Positions 47,877 through 57,405 of a stretch of DNA of 64,000 nt are shown one piece after another. Every line of letters starts with the position of its first letter. Position 1 is the first letter of the stretch. The stretch is taken from the NCBI GenBank assembly GCA_017400345.1, contig JAFPTG010000003.1, forward strand, positions 5,813 to 69,812. Direction: 5' to 3'. The position numbers and the translations under genes are program-made. The DNA comes from Oscillospiraceae bacterium (GTDB lineage: Bacteria > Bacillota > Clostridia > Oscillospirales > Ruminococcaceae). Under the pieces are notes generated by a model. The model searched no databases. It saw nothing but the letters and a program-made list of their open reading frames with translations, and was not told where the DNA came from.

Positions 47877-48103
47877 ATAATAATTTACACTTCCTTGTTT
47901 AATAATATATTTTTAAATTGTGCAACATTGGCTAATATATGATAACATAACTGTAGTGCAAAATCAAGTGTTATAAATGACGAAATAATAGAGAAAATCT
48001 AAAAAACAATTGTAGAAGACCACAAAAACATAAATGCATTTGAATAATTAGAGCAATTAATATATAATATATTTTGTAATAACAATTTAAGAGGTAGATC
48101 TTT

Positions 48104-50137
48104 ATGATAAAGATTTTTGATGGAATTTGTTGTTTGAAAAATGTGGGCAAAAAGCGAGAACAGCAGTATAATAAATTAGGAATATACAGCATAAATGATC
48201 TGCTTTGGCATATACCCAGAGGCTATATAGATTTTACTTCTAGTGTTTTAATAAGCGAACTTAAACCTGACGAGTTGTTTGCAGTTAAAGCTATGGTACT
48301 AAGCAAAAGTGCAACAAGGCTGAGAGCGAATTTAAACATGTATACAATACGCGCGGCAGATGGTAGGCAGGAAATAGATATAAAGCTGTTCAATTTATTT
48401 TATACATTTAATCAGATAAAAATTGGCGGAGAATATGTGTTTTTTGGCAGAGTTACAAAAGTAGGCCGATTTGCAGAGATGAATCTTATAGATTATGAGA
48501 GCACTTTACATGAACTTAGAATGCGGCCGATTTATAGACTTACCGCAGGACTTAGCTCGAAGATTGTAGCTTTAAATGTTGCAGAGGCTTTAACACTTTT
48601 GCAGCAAGTGTCAGATTATATGCCACTTAAATTTTGCAGGGAATTGAATTTAGCTACGTTTGAGTATGCTATGAAGAATATGCACTTTCCTAAAAATAAA
48701 GAAGCGTTAAAAGTGGCAGGGCAAAGGCTTGCAATGGATGAACTTATTATGTTTAATATTGGGCTTTTAAAACAGCGTGTGGTTAATGAGCAAACTAATA
48801 AAGTTATAATTAAAAATGCTAACTTAAATGAATTTTTGCAAACGGTCGACTTTGAACCTACAAACGCTCAGCTAAAGGTAATTGATAAGATATTTGGCGA
48901 TATGAAACAGGGCAAGGCGATGAACAGATTAGTTCAAGGGGATGTGGGGTGCGGCAAAACCTTTGTGGCAGCGGCGGCTATTTTTGCTGTTTGCAAGAGT
49001 GGGTTTCAGGCAGCGGTTATGGTGCCAACAGAACTTTTAGCGTTGCAGCATTATAATTATCTTGATAATATTTTAAAAAAGTTAGGAATAAAAGTTGAAT
49101 GTATTTGTAGTGCAAAGAAGGCAAAAGAGAAACGAGATATTGCTCTAAGGCTACAATTGGGCGAAATTGATTGTTTGGTGGGCACGCATGCATTGCTTTC
49201 TGATTATGTTGAATTCTTTAATTTAGGACTAGTTATAACAGATGAGCAACATAAATTTGGGGTAAAACAGCGTGAAAAACTAAATAATAAAGGGCAGAAC
49301 CCTCATACATTGGTTATGTCTGCAACGCCTATTCCCAGAACGTTGGCTATGATTATGTATGACAATTTAGATATTTCGGTGATTGATGATATGCCAAAAA
49401 CACGTATACCTATAAAAACATACCTTGTGGATAGTAGTTATCGTGCTAGAGTATATTCGTTTATAAAAAAAGAGCTGGCTTGTGGGCATCAATGTTATAT
49501 TATTTGCCCATTAATTGAACAAGATGAACTGGAAGAGGAAACATCAAAAGAGAACAAAGCTGCAATTAAATATGCAGAAGAGCTAAAAAGAGGAGCGTTT
49601 AAAGATTATGAAGTAGCTTGCATACATGGCAAACAAACCTCGGAGCAAAAGGATAGAATAATGGAAGAGTTTAAGCAAAACAAACTTCAGGTTTTGGTTT
49701 CTACCACTGTAATTGAGGTGGGAATAGATATCGCTAATGCTACTGTGATGCTGATTGAGAACGCAGACTGCTTTGGATTAGCGCAATTACACCAATTGAG
49801 AGGACGAATTGGCAGAGGGGCACTACAATCTTATTGTGTTTTACTTTCTGACGTTAAGACGCAAAAAGTAAAAGAAAGACTTGCATTTATGTGCCGTCAT
49901 AATAATGGTTTTGAAATTGCCGAGTATGATTTAAAAAGCAGAGGACCGGGTGAATTTTTAGGTACTAAGCAGCATGGAGCTTTTAATTTTAAAACAGCGC
50001 GATTTATGCAAGATATTAACGGGCTACTAACTGCTAAAAACATAGCAAAAGAAATTTTAAAGGCCGATGGCTTGCTAAAGCAAGAAAGAAATAGTTATAT
50101 TAAAACTTATTTAGAGCAGAAATTAGTTAACAATTAA
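48104..50137 (+). CDS. recG: ATP-dependent DNA helicase RecG
   Basis: GDVGCGKT (motif I), TDEQHKFG (motif II) and QLRGRIGRG, 677 aa. Confidence 0.95.
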   Translation: MIKIFDGICCLKNVGKKREQQYNKLGIYSINDLLWHIPRGYIDFTSSVLISELKPDELFAVKAMVLSKSATRLRANLNMYTIRAADGRQEIDIKLFNLFYTFNQIKIGGEYVFFGRVTKVGRFAEMNLIDYESTLHELRMRPIYRLTAGLSSKIVALNVAEALTLLQQVSDYMPLKFCRELNLATFEYAMKNMHFPKNKEALKVAGQRLAMDELIMFNIGLLKQRVVNEQTNKVIIKNANLNEFLQTVDFEPTNAQLKVIDKIFGDMKQGKAMNRLVQGDVGCGKTFVAAAAIFAVCKSGFQAAVMVPTELLALQHYNYLDNILKKLGIKVECICSAKKAKEKRDIALRLQLGEIDCLVGTHALLSDYVEFFNLGLVITDEQHKFGVKQREKLNNKGQNPHTLVMSATPIPRTLAMIMYDNLDISVIDDMPKTRIPIKTYLVDSSYRARVYSFIKKELACGHQCYIICPLIEQDELEEETSKENKAAIKYAEELKRGAFKDYEVACIHGKQTSEQKDRIMEEFKQNKLQVLVSTTVIEVGIDIANATVMLIENADCFGLAQLHQLRGRIGRGALQSYCVLLSDVKTQKVKERLAFMCRHNNGFEIAEYDLKSRGPGEFLGTKQHGAFNFKTARFMQDINGLLTAKNIAKEILKADGLLKQERNSYIKTYLEQKLVNN

Positions 50138-50159
50138 GAAGCTAAGGAAGTGTGAAACA

Positions 50160-50594
50160 ATGAAAGAGAGTGTGCAAAAAGTATTTATAAAAATTCAGAT
50201 TGCCCAGAAACCGGTAGACATTTTAGGAGAAGTGCCTGAAGAACCAGAACGTAGTGAGCTTTTAACTTATGGCAAATTCTATAAAGAAGCTGATAGCTAT
50301 ATTTTAGAGTATGATGAACTAGATGACTATAAAAACTATTACTGCACAACAAGGCTTGAACTAAAAGAAGGAAATAAATACAAAGTAACGGTAATAAAAG
50401 AGGGAAAGATAAGTACAATATTACCTATAGAGGTTGGTAAAAGTGCAAACTGTTTATATAATACACCGTATGGAAGTTTAGATATTGGTATTTGGGGCGA
50501 ATTTGTGCTAGCCTCTATTTGTGAAGATGGTGGTACTATTGAATTTAAATATCAACTGGATATAAATTCAATGGCAACAGCAAAAATCATATAA
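50160..50594 (+). CDS. DUF1934 (YwiB-like) beta-barrel protein
   Basis: 144 aa. The position immediately upstream of argS is conserved in Bacillota. Confidence 0.6.
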   Translation: MKESVQKVFIKIQIAQKPVDILGEVPEEPERSELLTYGKFYKEADSYILEYDELDDYKNYYCTTRLELKEGNKYKVTVIKEGKISTILPIEVGKSANCLYNTPYGSLDIGIWGEFVLASICEDGGTIEFKYQLDINSMATAKII

Positions 50595-50625
50595 AAATAA
50601 CAATATCAAAAGGAGAGAAAGAAAA

Positions 50626-52296
50626 ATGCTGAGTTTTATATCTAGTTTAAAAGAGCAAATAGAGCAGATTTTAATATTGCAGCTAACAAGAGCTATAGAG
50701 GCAAAAGAATTGCCAGAAGCTGAGTTTGATGGCTTTTTGGTTGAGTATACACCAAACAAACCGTTTGGAGATTTTGCGTCGAATGTTGCGTTATTCTGCG
50801 CAAAGAGGTTTAAACTACCGCCACAAGAACTTGCGGAGTTGATTTTAAAAGATATTGATTTATCGCAGACAGAATTTAGTGCTGTTAATTTTAAAAATGG
50901 CTTTTTGAATTTTAAATTATCCGCAGCGTTTTATAGTAAAGCTTTGGAGCAAATTTTAGAGGCAAAAGCAGATTATGGCACTGTTAATGTTGGCAATGGG
51001 CAAAAGATTGTAGTTGAGTTTGTTTCTGCTAACCCCACAGGGCCAATGCACTTGGGCAATGCCAGAGGAGGTGCTTTGGGTGATTGTTTAAGTAACATTA
51101 TGCAAAAAGCAGGCTTTAAAGTTACAAAAGAATTTTATATTAATGATGCTGGGAATCAAATTGAGGTATTTAAAAAATCTTTGGATGCTCGTTTTGTGCA
51201 AGAGGTTAAAGGGCAAGATGCGGTTAGCTTCCCTGAAGATGGTTACCATGGAGAAGATGTGATTGCACTTGTGCGTGAATTTATTAAAGAAAACGGCACC
51301 AAGCTCATAGATTTGCCAACAGCCGAACGCGAACAAGTTCTGGTGGATTATGCTTTGCCCAAGAATATTGCAGCAATAAAAGAAACGCTTGATCTTTATA
51401 GAGTTAATTACGATGTGTGGTTTAGTGAAACATATTTGCATAAAAACGGTTGTGTGCAGGAAGTAATAGAAAAGCTAACAAAAAAAGGTTTAACCTATAA
51501 AAAAGATGGTGCAGTTTGGTATAGGTTTAGCGGCGCTAAATATGGCGACAAAGATGAAGTGTTGGTTAGAGCTAATGGCAATTACACCTATTTTGCAGCG
51601 GATATAGCTTATGGGTATAATAAATTTGTAACCAGAGGCTTTGACGAAGCTATTAACATTTTAGGTGCAGATCACCATGGGCATATTGAAAGATTACAGC
51701 ATGCATTTTTTGATTTAGGAATTGATCCAAATAAATTTAAAGTAGTTATTATGCAGGTTGTTAGGCTTATTAGAGATGGCGAAGTTGTTAAGATGAGCAA
51801 GAGGACAGGGAAATCTGTTACGCTTGCTGAGCTTTTAGATGAAGTGCCTATAGATGCGGCGAGGTTCTTTTTTGGATTTAGAGAGGCAGGGTCGCACCTT
51901 GATTTTGATTTGAACCTAGCTGTTGAACAGTCGGCAAAAAACCCAATTTATTATATTCAATACGCACATGCCAGAATATGCAGTTTAATAAAAAACACAC
52001 AGAACAAACCGCAAATAGAATCTAAACTAGAATGCGAGTCGGAACAGGACTTAATAAAGAGTTTAATGGTTTTTCCAGAGATAATAAAAAGCGCGGCTTT
52101 TAATTTAGATTCATCGTTAGTTAATAAATATCTATTAGAACTTGCAACTAAATTTCATAAATTTTATAACGAATGCCGAGTTTTAACCGAATCTGGTGAG
52201 GTTTTTAAGGCACGATTCAAACTTTGCAAAGCTGTAAAACAAACCTTGCAAAATGGTCTTGAGCTGCTTAAAATTTCAGCACCAGAGGTTATGTAG
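50626..52296 (+). CDS. argS: Arginyl-tRNA synthetase
   Basis: SANPTGPMHLGNARGG (HIGH region) and MSKRTGKS (KMSKS-like), 556 aa. Confidence 0.95.
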   Translation: MLSFISSLKEQIEQILILQLTRAIEAKELPEAEFDGFLVEYTPNKPFGDFASNVALFCAKRFKLPPQELAELILKDIDLSQTEFSAVNFKNGFLNFKLSAAFYSKALEQILEAKADYGTVNVGNGQKIVVEFVSANPTGPMHLGNARGGALGDCLSNIMQKAGFKVTKEFYINDAGNQIEVFKKSLDARFVQEVKGQDAVSFPEDGYHGEDVIALVREFIKENGTKLIDLPTAEREQVLVDYALPKNIAAIKETLDLYRVNYDVWFSETYLHKNGCVQEVIEKLTKKGLTYKKDGAVWYRFSGAKYGDKDEVLVRANGNYTYFAADIAYGYNKFVTRGFDEAINILGADHHGHIERLQHAFFDLGIDPNKFKVVIMQVVRLIRDGEVVKMSKRTGKSVTLAELLDEVPIDAARFFFGFREAGSHLDFDLNLAVEQSAKNPIYYIQYAHARICSLIKNTQNKPQIESKLECESEQDLIKSLMVFPEIIKSAAFNLDSSLVNKYLLELATKFHKFYNECRVLTESGEVFKARFKLCKAVKQTLQNGLELLKISAPEVM

Positions 52297-52310
52297 GAAC
52301 AGAAAGCGAG

Positions 52311-53948
52311 TTGAAGAAATTGGTGGATGGTGTATTTTTGCATTTTTTGCAAAAAGAGATGGCATATTTGCTTGTGAAGGCTAAGGTCACGAAAATTATT
52401 CAACCGATTAAAGAGGAATTGATACTAATTTTAAAACAGAATCAGTGTGAATATAAACTGCTTATAAATGTTTCTTCCGCCTGCCCGAGTATGTATATAT
52501 CGGCAGAATATGAATGGAATACCGCGGTCCCTAATATGTTTTGCATGCTGTTACGCAAACACATTTTAGGCGGACGAATTACAGGAATAACTCAGCAAGG
52601 GCTGGATAGAATAATATATATTAAATTCTTAGCACAGAACCAAGTTGGAGAAAACCGTAGATTTTGCTTAGTTGTTGAACTTATGGGTCGTTACTCTAAT
52701 CTTGTTTTGTTAGATGAAAATGAAGTTATTTTAGGTGCAGTTAAGTTTTTAAAAGAGGGACAGAGGCAAATTTTACCAAACTGCAAATACCCTAAACTAG
52801 AGCAGAATGAAAAAATAAATCTACTTGAATTTGAGCCACAAAATATAACCGAAGAAGCCGAATTGGAAACATTACTCCAGGGAATAAGCAAAAAAACCAG
52901 AATGCAGTTAAGAAAAGTTGCACGTACAAATGAAGAGGCAATAAATGTTTTAATAAGGCTGTTAAGTTCAGAGAAGATACCAAAACCTATTATAATTAAA
53001 GCAGAAAATGATGAGGAGATTCCGTTTTTTGAGTTTAGCGGAGTGAGGGATATAAAACGGCAATTTAGTAGTTATTCTGAACTTTTGGAGTACTTTTTGG
53101 CTAAACAAGCTAAAGATAATTTGATAAAACAACGCACTAAGGATTTAAATATAATTATAAATACGCATAAAGCACGAGTGCAAAACCGTTTAAGTGTGCA
53201 AAGAGCTGAACTTGAAAAGTGTGCAGAAAAAGATTATAAAAAGCAATGTGCAGATCTTTTGGGAGCGAACTTGCATTTAGTTAAAAAGGGAGATAAAGCC
53301 TTAACCGTAACAAATTTTTTTGAAGAAGGGCAGCCACAGTTTAAGATTTCTTTGGATAAAAATTTAACGGGCGCTCAAAATATGGAGAAGTATTATAAAG
53401 AATACAGAAAGTTAAAAACCGCTGAGGCTAAGTTGAAAAAATTAATTGAATTAGGCGAGAAGGAGCTTGAATATTTTAACAATTTAAGTTTTAATATTGA
53501 GCAGGTAAGTTCGAACGATGATATAGAAGGAATAAAGCAGGAGCTTGTTGAGCAGAAATATATTAAAGCAGGGAAGCGAAAAGCACAGCCAACGCAAGCA
53601 AAAGTGCATGTGGCAGAGCTTGGTGTTGGTTTTAAAGTGTTTGTAGGTCACAACAATCTGCAGAACGAATTTTTAACTTTAAAGTTTGCCAAGAAAAATG
53701 ATTTGTGGTTTCATGCTCAAAAGGTACCGGGTTCACATGTTATATTAAAATCAGAGCCGGGACATGAACCAGATAATAAAATTATTGAACCCGCAGCTAA
53801 AATTGCAGCACAAAATAGCAAAGCAAAAGGAAGTTTAACAGTTGCAGTTGATTATACTAAAATTAGCAATGTAAAAAAAATGCCGGGTGGCAAGCCGGGC
53901 ATGGTGAATTATGTTAATTTTAAAACTATTTTTGTTCGCCCAAACTAA
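52311..53948 (+). CDS. rqcH: Ribosome quality control factor RqcH (FbpA/NFACT family)
   Basis: NFACT-N, a coiled coil, and NFACT-R (DLWFHAQKVPGSHVILK). TTG start. Confidence 0.85.
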   Translation: MKKLVDGVFLHFLQKEMAYLLVKAKVTKIIQPIKEELILILKQNQCEYKLLINVSSACPSMYISAEYEWNTAVPNMFCMLLRKHILGGRITGITQQGLDRIIYIKFLAQNQVGENRRFCLVVELMGRYSNLVLLDENEVILGAVKFLKEGQRQILPNCKYPKLEQNEKINLLEFEPQNITEEAELETLLQGISKKTRMQLRKVARTNEEAINVLIRLLSSEKIPKPIIIKAENDEEIPFFEFSGVRDIKRQFSSYSELLEYFLAKQAKDNLIKQRTKDLNIIINTHKARVQNRLSVQRAELEKCAEKDYKKQCADLLGANLHLVKKGDKALTVTNFFEEGQPQFKISLDKNLTGAQNMEKYYKEYRKLKTAEAKLKKLIELGEKELEYFNNLSFNIEQVSSNDDIEGIKQELVEQKYIKAGKRKAQPTQAKVHVAELGVGFKVFVGHNNLQNEFLTLKFAKKNDLWFHAQKVPGSHVILKSEPGHEPDNKIIEPAAKIAAQNSKAKGSLTVAVDYTKISNVKKMPGGKPGMVNYVNFKTIFVRPN

Positions 53949-54021
53949 ATTCTAGCAGTTTTGGTTTATTTATTGTATTAAACATAAAAAATGCAAAATT
54001 AATATTTTTTTAATAATTCTG

Positions 54022-54050
54022 TTACCATTTTAGTACAAATGTGCTATAAT
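54022..54050 (+). promoter_or_regulatory. Promoter of the minD-like gene
   Basis: TTACCA-17 nt-TATAAT with ATGTGC upstream of the -10. Confidence 0.45.
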
Positions 54051-54069
54051 AAAAAAGGAGAGAAAAACT

Positions 54070-54795
54070 ATGACGAAAAAAACACTAATTACATCTGGGA
54101 AAGGAGGAGTAGGGAAATCTACCATAACTGTATTACTAGGCTTTTTCTTAACTATTTTGGGCAAAAAAGTGATAATTTTAGATTTAGATTTTGGGATTTC
54201 TTCTGTTGAAGAATTTTTAAAAGAGTTAGAACCAGTTTTTAATTTAGGTGATATTTTAACGGGGGCTTGCAGTGTAGAAGCGGCAGTAAATTCAAGCCGC
54301 TATAAAAAATTAGATTTTATTGCGGCAGCTAAAAATTATACGATGAATATACAAAGTAGTCAGCTGCAGCAAATAATAAAGAGCTTAGAGGGTTATGACT
54401 TTATTTTATTAGATTCGCCGGCAGGCCTTAATTTAGATGAATGCATAAATGACGAGATAATTGATGATGCTTTAATTGTTGCAAACCCCGAAAAGTTGTG
54501 TTTAACAGGCGCTAGGAACGTATCTAGGCTATTAGAAGAGAGGGGAATACTAGAAAGGCGTTTAATAATAAATAAGTTTAACTCGAAGACGTGGAAGAAA
54601 AGCAACTTAGAAAGTCTTGATATGGTAATAGACTTTGTTACTGCAAGACTTATTGCGATTATTCCATTTATGGAGAAGTTAGAGGTTGTTAGCCATGATT
54701 TTGAAGGACTGGTATCTTATAAAAAATTTTATAAGGCGCTTTTGAATTTAGCAAATAGATATTTAGGGACGGATGTGAAGTTGTTATTTAAATAG
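54070..54795 (+). CDS. MinD/ParA-family deviant Walker A ATPase
   Basis: SGKGGVGKST deviant Walker A and LDSPAG, 241 aa. No minC or minE is adjacent. Confidence 0.75.
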   Translation: MTKKTLITSGKGGVGKSTITVLLGFFLTILGKKVIILDLDFGISSVEEFLKELEPVFNLGDILTGACSVEAAVNSSRYKKLDFIAAAKNYTMNIQSSQLQQIIKSLEGYDFILLDSPAGLNLDECINDEIIDDALIVANPEKLCLTGARNVSRLLEERGILERRLIINKFNSKTWKKSNLESLDMVIDFVTARLIAIIPFMEKLEVVSHDFEGLVSYKKFYKALLNLANRYLGTDVKLLFK

Positions 54796-54820
54796 AATAA
54801 ATGTTAATAGGGGGATGTAG

Positions 54821-55261
54821 ATGAACATTATATTAATTGCACACGAAAAGAAAAAGGAATTATTGCTTAGATTTTGTGAAGCATACAACAGTGTGTTAAG
54901 AAAACACAGTTTATTCTCTACCGAAGACCTTAGATTGAAGATTGCTAATGTGGTTAATTGTTCGGTATCTGCCTTTTTAGCAGGAAACAGAGGGGGTTAT
55001 CAGCAAGTTGAATCTAGAATTGCATGCAACGAGGTTGATCTTCTGGTATTTTTTAAAGACCCTTTTACAAAGAATGAATTAGAAAAACGCGAAACAGAAA
55101 TAGAACGTTTATGTGATGTTTACACAGTGCCAATAGCTACAAACATAGCGGCAGCGGAATTAATGGTTTTGGGTTTAGAAAGAGGAGATTTAGATTGGCG
55201 TATAATTATGAATAATTGGAGCTTGGCAAAATTAGATAAACTAAAACCGGCAATGGCTTAG
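54821..55261 (+). CDS. Methylglyoxal synthase-like (MGS-like) domain protein lacking the canonical catalytic residues
   Basis: It aligns by eye along the full length of MgsA (IILIAHEKKK..., GGYQQ, DLLVFFKDP, VPIATN). However, ATGTTG is replaced by STEDLR, GGDQQ by GGYQQ, and the PHDPD segment is replaced. Confidence 0.7.
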   Translation: MNIILIAHEKKKELLLRFCEAYNSVLRKHSLFSTEDLRLKIANVVNCSVSAFLAGNRGGYQQVESRIACNEVDLLVFFKDPFTKNELEKRETEIERLCDVYTVPIATNIAAAELMVLGLERGDLDWRIIMNNWSLAKLDKLKPAMA

Positions 55262-55341
55262 CGACTTCGAGGTTTTGCGATTAGTTAATATGGTTTAAAT
55301 AGTTAGCAGCAGTGAATTATAAGGATATAATGTGAAGATGT

Positions 55342-55390
55342 AAAATAATAAATATAGCCTGGGCAAAGCCCAGGCTATATTTATTATTTT
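55342..55390. terminator. Strong bidirectional terminator (perfect ~22-bp stem)
   Basis: AAAATAATAAATATAGCCTGGG-CAAAG-CCCAGGCTATATTTATTATTTT, between the convergent mgsA-like and mob genes. Confidence 0.8.
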
Positions 55391-55426
55391 ATTGCAAGAT
55401 AAAATGGGAAGTATTTGTAAAAAAAT

Positions 55427-56437
55427 TTATGTTTTTTGTTTTTTAGAATTTTTAACATGCTCATAGAGTTCACTTAGACTTTGATTAGATTTTATAGTAG
55501 AGAGCATTTCCATACCCTCTAACAGAAGTTCATCGCGATTTTTAGTCAGTTCTTTAATTTGTTCACGCAGGTTATTAATAAGCAGAACGTGATCGTCATA
55601 GCGTTTACGTAGATGTTCATTTTCTTTAGTAAGTTTATCAAAATCGTTTTTAAATGTCATGCCGAATCGAGCGATATTGCGCATTTGACTAAAATTTTCA
55701 TCTGTTAAAATTACAGATTCACCGCGAAATGGGATTTTACTGCGCCGAAAAGGAATGTCATCAATTGATTTCACTTTAATATCTATATCTTTATATTCAT
55801 TTAATTTATTTTCTAATTTTTGAACCTCTTTTGTGAGAATACTGCGTTTTAAATCTTCGGCCATTTTAAGGGGCTTTAAAACCTCGTCAGATTTTGTTAT
55901 ATTGAAGCCGTTTTCTCTTATGCTGGCCAAAGCTCTGGCGTGCAGCAAAGTTAAGCCTTTTCGGTCAAAAATTGTTTTAGCGCAAAGTCGCCCATCTTTA
56001 GTTAAAGGCACAAAACAAAAATGCATATGAGGAATACGTTCGTCCATATGTACAACCGCGTCAATTACTTTTTCTGCACCAAAGTAAGATATTAAAAAAT
56101 TGTAGTTACATCTAAAAAATTTTTGTATTTGGGTAGCATCTTGAGCTTCAAAAAAACTTTTATTGGATGTGACGCGCAAAGAACACATTACCGTTGCATC
56201 TTTACGAACAGCACGTTGACCTTTATAAAATTTTTTTATTATTTTGTTATATTCATACTCATATTCTAAAGTAGGGTCTATGGGGATGATTTCTTCTGTG
56301 CTTAAACGGTAATTTAAATTTGAACGGCTGGGATCAACAATAAGATCGTCTGAGAGATTTTCGCGTTGATTGTGTGCTTGAATTGGTAGTAGATCGCAAA
56401 ATTTATTTTTATTATTTAAACAAATGAGCGAAGCCAA
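55427..56437 (-). CDS. MobV-family (Mob/Pre, pMV158 MobM-like) plasmid mobilisation relaxase
   Basis: HxxR motif in IQAHNQRE, HxDE..PHxH motif in VVHMDERIPHMHFCFVPL, and a coiled-coil C-terminus. TTG start after AAGGAGGGA. Confidence 0.8.
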   Translation of the reverse strand: MASLICLNNKNKFCDLLPIQAHNQRENLSDDLIVDPSRSNLNYRLSTEEIIPIDPTLEYEYEYNKIIKKFYKGQRAVRKDATVMCSLRVTSNKSFFEAQDATQIQKFFRCNYNFLISYFGAEKVIDAVVHMDERIPHMHFCFVPLTKDGRLCAKTIFDRKGLTLLHARALASIRENGFNITKSDEVLKPLKMAEDLKRSILTKEVQKLENKLNEYKDIDIKVKSIDDIPFRRSKIPFRGESVILTDENFSQMRNIARFGMTFKNDFDKLTKENEHLRKRYDDHVLLINNLREQIKELTKNRDELLLEGMEMLSTIKSNQSLSELYEHVKNSKKQKT

Positions 56438-56459
56438 AAGATCCCTCCTTAAGCTAAGC

Positions 56460-56696
56460 TTAGTTTTCAGAACATTCGGAGTCTATAAGCTTAACAACGT
56501 CTCCAATTGTTTTAGCCTGGCTGATTTTTTCATCGTCAATTTCTATATTAAACGTTTGTTCTAAAGCCATAATTAAATCCACTAACCCTAAAGAATCCAT
56601 ATTTAAATTCTCTATTTGTGTGCCAAGTTCTATTGTTTGCTCAGAAATTCCAAACTGTTGATTCAGCACGGAACATAATTTTTGGAAAGTATTCAC
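56460..56696 (-). CDS. Acyl carrier protein-like (PP-binding) protein
   Basis: 78 aa and acidic. The phosphopantetheine-site context is LNMDSLGLVDLIMALEQTFNIEIDDEKI. GTG start after GGAGG. It lies 22 nt upstream of mob. Confidence 0.7.
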   Translation of the reverse strand: MNTFQKLCSVLNQQFGISEQTIELGTQIENLNMDSLGLVDLIMALEQTFNIEIDDEKISQAKTIGDVVKLIDSECSEN

Positions 56697-56819
56697 TTAA
56701 TATCAACCTCCGCAAAATGTTAAGGGACATAAAACTAATGTTAAATATTTAATGTTATAAATAATGGTATAAAATTTCGCAAAAAAATGCCTCAATATAT
56801 AATCGAAGCACAAAACAGA

Positions 56820-56894
56820 TGGTGATCCGTGGGGGAATTGAACCCCCGATACCGCCGTGAAAGGGCGGTGTCTTAACCTCTTGACCAACGGACC
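56820..56894 (-). tRNA. tRNA-Glu(UUC): tRNA-Glu (anticodon UUC), CCA encoded
   Basis: The reverse complement is GGTCCGTTGGTCAAGAGGTTAAGACACCGCCCTTTCACGGCGGTATCGGGGGTTCAATTCCCCCACGGATCACCA, very close to Bacillus tRNA-Glu. Confidence 0.92.
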
Positions 56895-56897
56895 AAA

Positions 56898-56974
56898 TGG
56901 TAGCGGTAGTTGGATTTGAACCAACGACACTCCGGGTATGAACCGAATGCTCTAGCCAACTGAGCTATACCGCC
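56898..56974 (-). tRNA. tRNA-Met(CAU): tRNA-Met (anticodon CAU; elongator type, though Ile2 is not excluded), CCA encoded
   Basis: The reverse complement is GGCGGTATAGCTCAGTTGGCTAGAGCATTCGGTTCATACCCGGAGTGTCGTTGGTTCAAATCCAACTACCGCTACCA. Confidence 0.88.
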
Positions 56975-57022
56975 ACACCTAGAAGTGGCTATTCAATAAT
57001 TAACCAACAATACTACTTTCAA

Positions 57023-57051
57023 AGTCTAACATAGATTTTTAAGTATGTCAA
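57023..57051 (-). promoter_or_regulatory. Promoter of the tRNA-Met/tRNA-Glu (and possibly ACP-mob) transcription unit
   Basis: The minus strand reads TTGACA-17 nt-TAGACT with an upstream TG, about 45 nt before tRNA-Met. Confidence 0.5.
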
Positions 57052-57232
57052 CACTCAAAGAGATAATTTTTTAAATTAAATTTATTTTTTAGCAATAAAG
57101 TATTAATTCTTAAGTTCAAGAAGGCATTTAATAAAGCTGTTGCAGGAGCTTTTTGCCAGTAGCTATTCTGTTGCACGCAGAGCAATGGGGGAGAAATTAA
57201 GGAAATAGAAAAAATAGGGTAAGCAACTTTTT

Positions 57233-57370
57233 AGGTGGTTTCTGTAACAAAAAAGGTGGTTGACATAATCGTCGAAAAATATCTATTACAAATTAGGTGG
57301 TTGTCTATTGACATACCGCCTTTTTTGTGATACAATAGAGATAGTGAGAACTGTAACTTTTTATGTGGTT
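57233..57370 (+). repeat. Direct repeats of AGGTGGTT (three exact copies and one ATGTGGTT) spanning the hsdR promoter
   Basis: Copies lie at 57233-57240, 57254-57261 and 57295-57302, with a variant at 57363-57370. Spacings between the exact copies are 21 and 41 nt. Two copies abut TTGACA hexamers. Confidence 0.6.
57308..57336 (+). promoter_or_regulatory. Promoter of the hsd operon
   Basis: TTGACA-17 nt-TACAAT with upstream TGTGA, about 70 nt before the hsdR ATG. Confidence 0.55.
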
Positions 57371-57405
57371 CTCTTTGAACGATATACAATGAAAGGATAA
57401 TAATT

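Noticed and set aside
55262-55426. attR-type direct repeat of the tRNA-Glu 3' end that would delimit an integrated element containing mob and the ACP gene
   Set aside because: I could not find any segment resembling TGGTGATCCGTGGGGGAATTGAACC in this interval by eye. This needs a computational repeat search before any claim.
56703-56930. 75-aa minus-strand ORF covering tRNA-Glu and part of tRNA-Met
   Set aside because: It coincides with two canonical tRNA genes and shows no coding signal.
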